Shown: piece after piece, positions 27,785 through 34,571 of the stretch
Layout: every line of letters starts with the position of its first letter
Numbering within the stretch: the stretch's first letter is position 1
Assembly (NCBI GenBank): GCA_947599755.1
Contig: CANQFO010000002.1
Coordinates: forward strand, 1-34,571
Direction: 5' to 3'
DNA length: 34,571 bases
DNA from: an uncultured Bacilli bacterium
Lineage (GTDB): Bacteria > Bacillota_I > Bacilli_A > RF39 > UBA660
Notes under the pieces: model-generated
The model's input: the letters and a program-made list of their open reading frames with translations, nothing else
The model's database searches: none
What the model was told of the DNA's origin: nothing
Translations under genes and position numbers: made by a program

Positions 27785-27815
27785 AACCCGAGAAAAACTC
27801 GAGTTATTTTTTTTA
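27785..27815 (+). terminator. Rho-independent terminator
   Basis: aacccgag / ctcgagtt forms an 8-bp stem with 1 mismatch and a 5-nt loop. It is followed by attttttttt immediately after the TAA stop. Confidence 0.6.
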
Positions 27816-28017
27816 TTATCATTATCTTCTTACGATGTAGCATTCTCAATGTAATTTAAAAATAAAAATCACTACTTAAAAAATAAGCAATAAGTATTTA
27901 CAAACAAATTCTTTAAAAGTCATAGTAAATCTTCCTATGCTTATATTTTTATGATACTTTTTAAAAATAATAAAAATGCCTTGAAATCGTTTAAAAACAA
28001 GAAATTTATTAACAATC

Positions 28018-28094
28018 TGGCGTCCTTGGGCAGATTCGAACTGCCGACTTATCGCTTAGGAGGCGATTACTCTATCCAACTGAGTTACAAGGAC
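28018..28094 (-). tRNA. trnR: tRNA-Arg (anticodon CCU)
   Basis: The minus strand gives a 77-nt cloverleaf: GTCCTTG-TA-ACTC-AGTTGGATA-GAGT-A-ATCGC-CTCCTAA-GCGAT-AAGTC-GGCAG-TTCGAAT-CTGCC-CAAGGAC-G-CCA. All four stems pair perfectly, the T-loop is TTCGAAT, and CCA is encoded. Confidence 0.92.
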
Positions 28095-28210
28095 AGGTTA
28101 TAGCCTATATTGAAAGACTTTTCATTTTTTATACAAAATTATTTTTTGAGATCTCTTGCCTATCCATTGCTCTATGAGGAAATTACTTCAACAAACAATG
28201 ATTATTTAAT

Positions 28211-28577
28211 TTATTTTGTATACTTTGTTTTACAAATAGCACCCATATCTTCATATATTTTTCTCATATCACTCACTTTTATTTTACTATTTTTTATTAA
28301 GGAGGCATTGTTTCTATCTAATGAAATTAATTTTTTGATATCTATTTTAGAATACTCAATAGTTGTAGTAGATGTTAGAGTATCTTTTTTGATGGATATC
28401 TTATTTTGATATCCATCAAGTTCATTATACAATTTATAATTTGCCTCTAACACTTTTTGATACTCTTCTAAAACTTCACGTACTTCAATATTTATATTAG
28501 AATAATCAACTTTTTTACTGTTGATCTCAATATTTTTTTCAATGACTTTTCTCGCTAATTTTGATTTTTTTTGACAT
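28211..28577 (-). pseudogene. Small coiled-coil-like protein gene interrupted by a 1-nt frame offset at an A8 run (121 aa if the run is A7)
   Basis: A strong SD+ATG (AAGGAGAAAACTATG; ATG at 28575-28577) opens a frame that stops after 12 codons. The long frame is open from 28594 to the stop at 28211 and has no ATG/GTG/TTG until the GTG at 28451-28453. The two frames differ by one base across the A8 run at 28565-28572. Confidence 0.5.
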
Positions 28578-28626
28578 AGTTTTCTCCTTATTGTTTAGAA
28601 AAAAAGATATATTGTTTTATTGTGAT

Positions 28627-28866
28627 TTATAGTTTATCTTTTTTTGTTTTGGAAATATTTTTTAAATGATTAATTTTTTCTCGTATTGCTTTTCTTCTTT
28701 GTTCTTCTTCATTTAAATGAAGAATATAATTTTTCCCTGTTTTTTCAAATATACTTCCTTCATGAATTTTAAATGGAAGATCACTTAATTTAATTGAAAC
28801 TATCTTTGTTGTTTCTTCTTCACAAATTGCGTAATCTTCTTCTATTCGATCAACTATATATTTCAT
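28627..28866 (-). CDS. DUF3006-like small protein
   Basis: 79 aa. 'MKYIVDRIEEDYAICEEE...IHEGSIF...' matches the DUF3006 pattern. It lies 6 nt downstream of the MBL gene, which is its usual genomic partner. Confidence 0.6.
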   Translation of the reverse strand: MKYIVDRIEEDYAICEEETTKIVSIKLSDLPFKIHEGSIFEKTGKNYILHLNEEEQRRKAIREKINHLKNISKTKKDKL

Positions 28867-28872
28867 TTTATC

Positions 28873-29781
28873 CTACCCTTCTGTATCTGTTTTCATGGTT
28901 TCAAATGTTAAATTTGTACCATCCGATGTGGCAATAATTGTTCCATCTTTATCTGTTCTATATACTTTAATGGCATTTTCTTGTAATTTTTTTAATGTAC
29001 TTTGATGAGGATGGTGATAACTGTTTCCACTTCCCACAGAAATAATTGCATATTTTGGATTTACTTTTTCTAAGAAGGAAGTTGAGGTTGAGTATTTTGA
29101 TCCATGATGACCTAATTTAATTACATCACTGCTTATTTCTTTTTTTAGGAGTTCCTTTTCTACTTTACTGGTTGCATCTCCCATAAATAAAAAACGGTGA
29201 TTTCCATATGTCATTTTTAATACAATAGATGAATCGTTTAAATCATTAGTTTCATCTCCTATATGAAGTAGTTGAAATTTGCAATCTGCTAAAGAGAATG
29301 TTTCATCTATTTCTGGAGTTTGAAAAGGAATTTGTTTTTCTTCTAAAGCATCTAGAACGTCTTCAAAAGTTTTCGTTGTTGTTACTACATCTGGCATATA
29401 AAAATTTTTGATATTAAAGTTTCTAATGATATCATCCATTCCACCAATATGATCCTCATGAGCATGAGTTCCTACAACAAAGGAAAATTCATTAATATTT
29501 AATTCATGAAAGTATTTTACTAATTTGCTTCCATCTTCATTATTTCCTGCATCAATTAGCATATATTCAGAGTTGTTTTCTATTAAACATGCATCTGCTT
29601 GTCCAACATCTATGAAATATACTTTTAGTTTGCTATTTGAATTAATTACTGGAGAAATTTCTTTTTGTTGAATCTTATTTTGAGTATGATTTTCTGATCT
29701 TATTTCTTGATAATACAAAGTACCAATAATAAAAAACATTAATAATAAAAAGTGAATAATTGATTGATTTTTATTTTTCAT
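28873..29781 (-). CDS. Secreted/membrane-anchored MBL-fold metallo-hydrolase of the ComEC C-terminal-domain type
   Basis: 302 aa. It has the N-terminal anchor 'IIHFLLLMFFIIGTLYY', then 'VYFIDVGQADACLIE', HxHxDH in 'GTHAHEDHIGG', and 'KLGHHGSKYSTS'. SD AAGGAAGGA is present. Confidence 0.85.
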   Translation of the reverse strand: MKNKNQSIIHFLLLMFFIIGTLYYQEIRSENHTQNKIQQKEISPVINSNSKLKVYFIDVGQADACLIENNSEYMLIDAGNNEDGSKLVKYFHELNINEFSFVVGTHAHEDHIGGMDDIIRNFNIKNFYMPDVVTTTKTFEDVLDALEEKQIPFQTPEIDETFSLADCKFQLLHIGDETNDLNDSSIVLKMTYGNHRFLFMGDATSKVEKELLKKEISSDVIKLGHHGSKYSTSTSFLEKVNPKYAIISVGSGNSYHHPHQSTLKKLQENAIKVYRTDKDGTIIATSDGTNLTFETMKTDTEG

Positions 29782-29857
29782 CTTTTTCCTTCCTTTTCTT
29801 TTCTATTTTAATTTACGTAACCATGATTTTGAATATGTTTTAAATTTTATTTTCTCT

Positions 29858-30586
29858 TTATTTGTCATTATTTTTGATTTCTTTTTCTAAGTTTTTTTCT
29901 TGGTAAACTCCATTTTTATTGTAACATAAATAGGCATATCGATTTGGGTTACTTTTAATTATGTTTATCTTTTGATCTTGAATTTTTAAGGCTACTCCAT
30001 TTTCTAAAGAAATTATTTTTTCTTCTGTTTTTTTAATTGCTGTTTCTAATTCTTTGGCTTTTTGTCCGCCTTTTTCATAGTGTGGGCAAATGGAAATGGG
30101 AATAAATGAAAATCCTTTTATAAATTTGTAATGTTCTGATTCTCCTCGCAATTTTAATGAATCAGAATATCCTTTATTGCATAATATAATTGCTCCTGCT
30201 GACATTCCTGCGATTACGGTATTATTTTTTATTGCTTTATCTAATAAGGGAAGAAGATTATATTTTTTGATGTCTTCTATTAGTTTTATCGTATCTCCTC
30301 CACAGAAATATATGATATCTGCAGTTTCTATTTTATTTTTTACAATGTCTGGGTTATTTATGATATTTTTCTTTTTTAAATAGGCACATTGACATCCTAA
30401 ATCTTGATAAATTTTTTTCATGGTATCATAGTAGGAATCAGAGAAATTGCTAGCTAGTCCTACAAATAAGAAATTTGCTTTGGGTTTTTCTACCATTTTT
30501 ACTATTTCTTTATCAATTTCTTTTGTTTCGTAGTTAGTATGTCCTCTCCCTACTTCTCCACCACCAATTAACATAAATTTTGACAT
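29858..30586 (-). CDS. Peptidase S51 family (dipeptidase E / cyanophycinase-like)
   Basis: 242 aa. 'FMLIGGGE', the nucleophile elbow 'IAGMSAGAI' and the downstream 'CPHYE' are present. SD AGGTGAT is present. Confidence 0.75.
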   Translation of the reverse strand: MSKFMLIGGGEVGRGHTNYETKEIDKEIVKMVEKPKANFLFVGLASNFSDSYYDTMKKIYQDLGCQCAYLKKKNIINNPDIVKNKIETADIIYFCGGDTIKLIEDIKKYNLLPLLDKAIKNNTVIAGMSAGAIILCNKGYSDSLKLRGESEHYKFIKGFSFIPISICPHYEKGGQKAKELETAIKKTEEKIISLENGVALKIQDQKINIIKSNPNRYAYLCYNKNGVYQEKNLEKEIKNNDK

Positions 30587-30671
30587 TTTTCATCACCTAC
30601 TTTTTCTATTTATTATTATATCATTTGATTGCTGTGAAAGAAATATTTTCGTACTTTAAAATTTTATTTGC

Positions 30672-30709
30672 ATAAAAAAAAGATAATACCAATTATCCGT
30701 ATTATCTTT
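30672..30709 (-). terminator. Rho-independent terminator of the two-gene surface operon
   Basis: A perfect 11-bp stem: aaagataatac (30679-30689) pairs with gtattatcttt (30699-30709) around a 9-nt loop. On the minus strand it is followed by T7-8, 10 nt after the stop at 30719. Confidence 0.75.
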
Positions 30710-30718
30710 CTAATTATC

Positions 30719-32929
30719 TTATTTTTTATATTGATGAGGATTTTCTTGAATTTCTCCCTCATTTTCTAAACTTTCTATATAAGCATCTATCATTTCTTCA
30801 GTTGACATTTCTTCTGCATCAAATTCTGCTCCAGTTTGATTTGGATCTGGTAAATCTTCATTTGATTGATCTCCTGTAGAGTCTGTTGTTACATCTTCTA
30901 CAGAATTATTTAAATTTCCATTTGAATCAGAATGTTGATCATCAAAGTCTACATTATGATCTCCAAAATCTTTTTCGTTTACTGGTTTATCGTTTGAACT
31001 ATCATGATCAGCATTATTTTGATCAATTTGTTGATTTGCCTCATCAATTTTATCTTGCATGTCTTGCTCATCTTGTTTTACTTCTTCTTGAACTTTATCA
31101 GCATTTTGATCTGCTTGATGTTGTTGTTCCTCACGTGTTTGTTCAGCTTGTTTCTCTCCGGCTGCTTTTGCTTGTTTGTTTTCGTTTTCAATTTCTCTAT
31201 CTACTTCTTCTTCTGCTGCTTCTACGTCTTTTTTACTTGTTTTTTTCATTGCTTCACTTCGATCATTTGTAGTCTCTTTAGTTGTTTTAGTATGAGTTTT
31301 AGTTGAAGTAGTATCATGTTTAGTTGTTTCTGTATAACTTTGTGTTGTATAGTAAGTTTTTCCTGTAAATTGTCCATTTTCCATTTCAAAGTGAATATTT
31401 ACTTGTTCCCTGAAGGCATTTAATTGACTTAAATCTCTGTGTTCATCGTCTATTACATAGCTATCTCTATCAATTAAATCATTAATTTTAGCAGTTTTAA
31501 ATTCATCATATGTAGGATTTTGTGAATTTGTTGCTTGTGATAAACTAACTACACTTGCTTTATCAAAAATTTCATCTGCATAATTACATCCACCAAGATC
31601 ATCAAAATAGTCCATTACTTTATCCATTAAAGTATAATCTACTTCTAAATTTTGGAACATCATTTCTGCAGCACTTAACATTGGAATTACTGAAAATTTA
31701 TATGGTTCTATCATTGCTCTTTCATCAGCATGAGCAATTCCTACCTCACGTATATCTTCTGTAACTGGAAAATCTTTTAAAGCTTCTTGATATAATGCAT
31801 TTACTTTATTTAATTTGTCTTGTCCAGTAGCTTCTTTACAATCTAGGAACATATTATGATATTTTTCCCAAAAAGCTCTTCCTTCTTCAGAATTAATTAA
31901 ATTGCCTGTTGTTACAGGATTTTCTCTTGTTTCGATTACATGTGCACCCATTAATTGCAATAAAGCTGTTTTGTAAGCATTTTTCAATGCTGTACTATCT
32001 ATTTCTGATCCGTTTAATATACTTCTTAATTCTTTTGCGGTATAGTTATTGTAAGCAAGATCCATTGCCATTACTTCATCCCAACTTAAAGCAGCTTTTA
32101 TATTTTTATCTGGTTCAATATAGGCATTTGCAAAACTTTCATTAAAGTATGATAAGAAATTACCGATTTTTCTCATTGCATTAGCTTGAACTTGATTAGT
32201 TGTTGATAAAAGTAAATCACTGAAAGTAGAAATAGTATTTTCTTGATCGTTTATGTTTACTTCTTCTCCCATAATAATATTATCAAGATCTTCATCATTT
32301 CCTTTTGCATAAGCAGTTGTATAACTTTTTGCTTTTGGAGATACAGCTGATTTTATTCTTTTTACTATTCCTCCACCAAATGATGTTATTGCTATTACTA
32401 GTGCTAAAATTGCTGCACTTGCTGTTGCAATGATTTTTTTCGTAAATTTATTTTTTTGTAAAAATTTAGATACACGATTTTCTTGGATAAAATTTGCTAG
32501 TTTATTCCATATATTAGATGATGTTTCTTTTACTTTGTTTTTAATTTTTGATATTATGCTTACTTTTTCTTTTTTTGGCTGTTTTTGTTTTTTCTGTTCC
32601 ATATTAACTTTTTGTTCTTTTCGTTCTGGATGTTCTACTTTATTTTTTTCGGTTCTTTTTTTAGTGTTTCCTGTTGCAAAAAATTGAAAGAATTTCTCAA
32701 ATGTTTCTCCACTTACCATATATATATATTTTTTGTTTTTATAGTCTTCTATTTTTCCTTTTAAATTTTTTTGTTTACGTAATTCTTTATATGCTTCTTT
32801 TCCTGTTTCTACATCTGTATTTAATACAGTTCCATCTTCATAAAAGATACATACTTGTGTGATTTTTTCTGAATTACTATTAAAAGTGTAGAATACTATA
32901 TTTTTAATTTCTTTATTTTTCATTTTCAT
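30719..32929 (-). CDS. Hypothetical large bitopic membrane protein (~165-aa basic cytoplasmic N-domain, 1 TM, ~370-aa helical ectodomain, ~200-aa T-rich then D/E/Q-rich tail)
   Basis: 736-aa ORF starting 8 nt after the upstream gene. SD AAGGAG is present, and ATG at 32921-32923 has better spacing than the one at 32929. The TM segment is 'IIATASAAILALVIAITSFGGGIV'. No family motif recognised. Confidence 0.75.
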   Translation of the reverse strand: MKMKNKEIKNIVFYTFNSNSEKITQVCIFYEDGTVLNTDVETGKEAYKELRKQKNLKGKIEDYKNKKYIYMVSGETFEKFFQFFATGNTKKRTEKNKVEHPERKEQKVNMEQKKQKQPKKEKVSIISKIKNKVKETSSNIWNKLANFIQENRVSKFLQKNKFTKKIIATASAAILALVIAITSFGGGIVKRIKSAVSPKAKSYTTAYAKGNDEDLDNIIMGEEVNINDQENTISTFSDLLLSTTNQVQANAMRKIGNFLSYFNESFANAYIEPDKNIKAALSWDEVMAMDLAYNNYTAKELRSILNGSEIDSTALKNAYKTALLQLMGAHVIETRENPVTTGNLINSEEGRAFWEKYHNMFLDCKEATGQDKLNKVNALYQEALKDFPVTEDIREVGIAHADERAMIEPYKFSVIPMLSAAEMMFQNLEVDYTLMDKVMDYFDDLGGCNYADEIFDKASVVSLSQATNSQNPTYDEFKTAKINDLIDRDSYVIDDEHRDLSQLNAFREQVNIHFEMENGQFTGKTYYTTQSYTETTKHDTTSTKTHTKTTKETTNDRSEAMKKTSKKDVEAAEEEVDREIENENKQAKAAGEKQAEQTREEQQHQADQNADKVQEEVKQDEQDMQDKIDEANQQIDQNNADHDSSNDKPVNEKDFGDHNVDFDDQHSDSNGNLNNSVEDVTTDSTGDQSNEDLPDPNQTGAEFDAEEMSTEEMIDAYIESLENEGEIQENPHQYKK

Positions 32930-32936
32930 TCTCTCC

Positions 32937-34421
32937 TTACTTATCTAATTTTTTTGCACCTGTATAATACCATCCGTTGTCTAATAAATCTTTATCATTA
33001 TATTTACTCCATTTTGTTACTGTTTTTCCTGCATCTAATAATTTTCTATTTTTTGTACTTTGATAACAAACTGTACCATATAAAGGTTCTTTTCTGTAAT
33101 CAGCTTCTGTTATATTAATTGTATCATAAATTGGAATAGTTTTTGTTTCATAACTTCCACAACTTGCTGTAACGCTTGATGATGTTGAACTTGAAGTTGA
33201 AGAATGTGTTGATGTTTCTCCTGGAGTTGAAGTAGTTGAACTAACTTGTTGCAATCCTCCTGTATAGGTATAAGAATCATAATAGTAATTTGGGAATGTT
33301 GTACAAGTGTCATTACAATAACTATAGTTTGCTCCTACAAATACATAATGTGTATCATTAGTATCTCTAGGTGGATTTTTATATTCTGCACGTCCGTTAT
33401 ATTTCCAGCCACCAACAGTATGAGCAGTTGTTTTGGTAATCGTATTAATTGTTGTATATGTCGTAGTTGTCGTCGTAGCATAAGTTGTTTTGTTAATAAT
33501 AACATAATTATATTTAGAGCAAGATTTTTGTTGATATGATCCTGTTTGAATGACTACACTTCTAGTTTTGGCGTATTTTTTATCGTATGTACCAATTTTT
33601 TCTTTTCGATCAAATCTTTGCAATTTGTTTAAACAATTTATACTTTTATCACTACAATTTATTTCTTTCGTATCACAACTTGTTTTACTCCAATTTGACC
33701 ATGCAGACCATTTTGAAAATTCTGCTCCTGTTGTTTTTTGATATTCGTATAAATATCCTGGCTCTTCTGGTGGTGGTGGTACTGGATCATCTGATGGAGT
33801 TGGCTTTTTCTCTGGATCATTTGATGGTGTTGGATTTTCTGGTTGTTTTTGTGGAGGATTGTTTGGTGTTTTACTTTCCTTAATAGGTACTGTACTAGTT
33901 GGTTTAGATGCTTTAATTGCTACATCTGATGATTGTTTTTCGCAAACATCAGAGTCACAGTAATTGTAACATCCTAAATGAACGAGAATATAATCTTCTT
34001 TTTCGCTGTCTTTTAAATTTACTTTTAAAATATATTCTTCATCTAATTTTGTGATTTTTACGTAACTTTTTTCGACATCACAAGCTTTATTGTTTTTGTC
34101 AATTAATGGCACCAATAATTTTTTCCCAATCATATCACTTAATGTCATTTTGTCATAATCTCCGACTTCTTTTGGCAATCTTTCTGTTGTATAATAAGAA
34201 ATCGCAGCATTTTTCATTTTTTCAAGATTATCAGCAAAAATTTGTGATGTTAGTGGTGATAAATCGACACTTTCCCCTTTAGTTGTTTTTGTTACTATTT
34301 TTGGTGTTATAAATTTTGGCAATAACCATACTAGTAAAAAAACAAAGATAACTACTAATATTAATTTTAATAAAAAGTCTCTAAATGGAAAACCTTTTTG
34401 CTCATACTCTTCTGAATACAT
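32937..34421 (-). CDS. Hypothetical bitopic surface protein with Pro-rich linker, WSxWSxWS/Cx6Cx6C module and S/T-rich stretches
   Basis: 494 aa from ATG at 34419-34421 (SD GGGGGAG). The track start at 34481 is the TTG of the promoter -35 box. The TM segment is 'LLKLILVVIFVFLLVWLLP'. Also present are 'PTPSNDPEKKPTPSDDPVPPPPEEP' and 'FSKWSAWSNWSKTSCDTKEINCSDKSINC'. Confidence 0.75.
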   Translation of the reverse strand: MYSEEYEQKGFPFRDFLLKLILVVIFVFLLVWLLPKFITPKIVTKTTKGESVDLSPLTSQIFADNLEKMKNAAISYYTTERLPKEVGDYDKMTLSDMIGKKLLVPLIDKNNKACDVEKSYVKITKLDEEYILKVNLKDSEKEDYILVHLGCYNYCDSDVCEKQSSDVAIKASKPTSTVPIKESKTPNNPPQKQPENPTPSNDPEKKPTPSDDPVPPPPEEPGYLYEYQKTTGAEFSKWSAWSNWSKTSCDTKEINCSDKSINCLNKLQRFDRKEKIGTYDKKYAKTRSVVIQTGSYQQKSCSKYNYVIINKTTYATTTTTTYTTINTITKTTAHTVGGWKYNGRAEYKNPPRDTNDTHYVFVGANYSYCNDTCTTFPNYYYDSYTYTGGLQQVSSTTSTPGETSTHSSTSSSTSSSVTASCGSYETKTIPIYDTINITEADYRKEPLYGTVCYQSTKNRKLLDAGKTVTKWSKYNDKDLLDNGWYYTGAKKLDK

Positions 34422-34452
34422 GTGAACTCCCCCTCTTTTGCGTTTGCACTTT

Positions 34453-34481
34453 ATCTTATCACTTTTCCTCTTTTTTGTCAA
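34453..34481 (-). promoter_or_regulatory. SigmaA-type promoter of the two-gene surface operon
   Basis: Minus strand reads TTGACA (34476-34481), 17 nt, TGaTAAGAT (TAAGAT at 34453-34458). This lies ~30 nt upstream of the ATG at 34421. Confidence 0.55.
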
Positions 34482-34571
34482 TCATTTTTTCTTTTTGATA
34501 GTGTAAAATTATTTGGGGAAGGAGGTACAAAAAAAGGAAGAACCTTTGTTATAATAAATTTGAAATAATAA

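Noticed and set aside
28110-28409. A 99-aa plus-strand ORF next to the tRNA
   Set aside because: It has no SD and is antisense to the minus-strand frame that has a strong SD+ATG at 28577. Its translation is a hydrophobic low-complexity sequence.
28565-28572. A programmed -1 ribosomal frameshift on the A-rich slippery run
   Set aside because: The shift required is +1 (or -2), not -1. I saw no downstream stimulatory structure. A change in homopolymer length or a sequencing error is the simpler explanation.
30800-31300. A possible tandem repeat or CRISPR-like array in the repetitive-looking region
   Set aside because: There is no fixed-period direct repeat. The repetitiveness is compositional (GAT/GAA/CAA codons) within a continuous ORF.
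30177-33883. Many plus-strand ORFs (30177-30383, 30886-31272, 31004-31306, 31555-31764, 31909-32145, 32430-32687, 32674-32862, 33246-33539, 33550-33741, 33587-33883) and the minus-strand ORF 33110-33313
   Set aside because: All are nested in or antisense to the three long minus-strand genes. They are L/F/H-rich mirror images of the D/E/Q/K-rich coding strand.
34422-34481. A 20-codon basic N-terminal extension (MTKKRKSDKIKCKRKRGGVH) of the 514-aa ORF
   Set aside because: The 'start' is the TTG of a TTGACA -35 box, and the extension spans the promoter and the predicted 5' UTR. ATG at 34421 follows the SD GGGGGAG.
1-34571. Mobile elements, prophage genes, toxin-antitoxin or known defence systems, CRISPR arrays, rRNA genes
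   Set aside because: No transposase, integrase, recombinase, nuclease-ATPase or Cas-like translation appears in any frame. I found no terminal inverted repeats or spaced direct repeats on reading through the window.

Overview
This is a very AT-rich window that looks chromosomal and comes from a low-GC, probably spore-forming Bacillota (Erysipelotrichia- or Clostridia-like codon usage; a GerA-family germination gene is present). All calls rest on reading the ORF translations for family motifs and reading the DNA for start codons, SD sites, promoters and hairpins. No database search was possible.

Layout:
- (1) 40-1626: a GNAT acetyltransferase and an unknown membrane-anchored protein.
- (2) 1728-18630: a ~17 kb surface-glycan locus. 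It is a 12-gene minus-strand operon plus one divergent gene. It encodes 8 glycosyltransferase domains (4 GT2, 4 GT4), four acyltransferase-3 (AT3) domains, a Wzx flippase, a Wzy/EpsG-like polymerase candidate and a pyruvyltransferase. Two ORFs are domain fusions (AT3-GT2 and GT4-pyruvyltransferase). No priming transferase, chain-length/export gene, LCP ligase or sugar-nucleotide gene is visible.
- (3) 18786-25119: small unknown genes, then a housekeeping minus-strand block with an M16 peptidase pair, deoD, an SDR reductase and a RumA/TrmA-type RNA m5U methyltransferase.
- (4) 25228-27020: an orphan GerA-family A subunit with a short GerC-like partner and no B subunit, behind a sigmaG-like promoter.
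- (5) 28018-28094: tRNA-Arg(CCU). Next to it is a small gene whose strong SD+ATG is out of frame by one base across an A8 run.
- (6) 28627-30586: DUF3006, a secreted ComEC-type MBL hydrolase and an S51 peptidase.
- (7) 30719-34421: a self-contained two-gene operon with its own promoter and terminator. It encodes two large membrane-anchored proteins of unknown function, one carrying a WSxWSxWS + Cx6Cx6C motif.

I saw no transposase, integrase, CRISPR array, rRNA gene or recognisable defence genes. The best candidates for undescribed biology are the two-gene surface operon, the fused enzymes in the glycan locus, the B-less germinant-receptor pair and the homopolymer-interrupted small gene.
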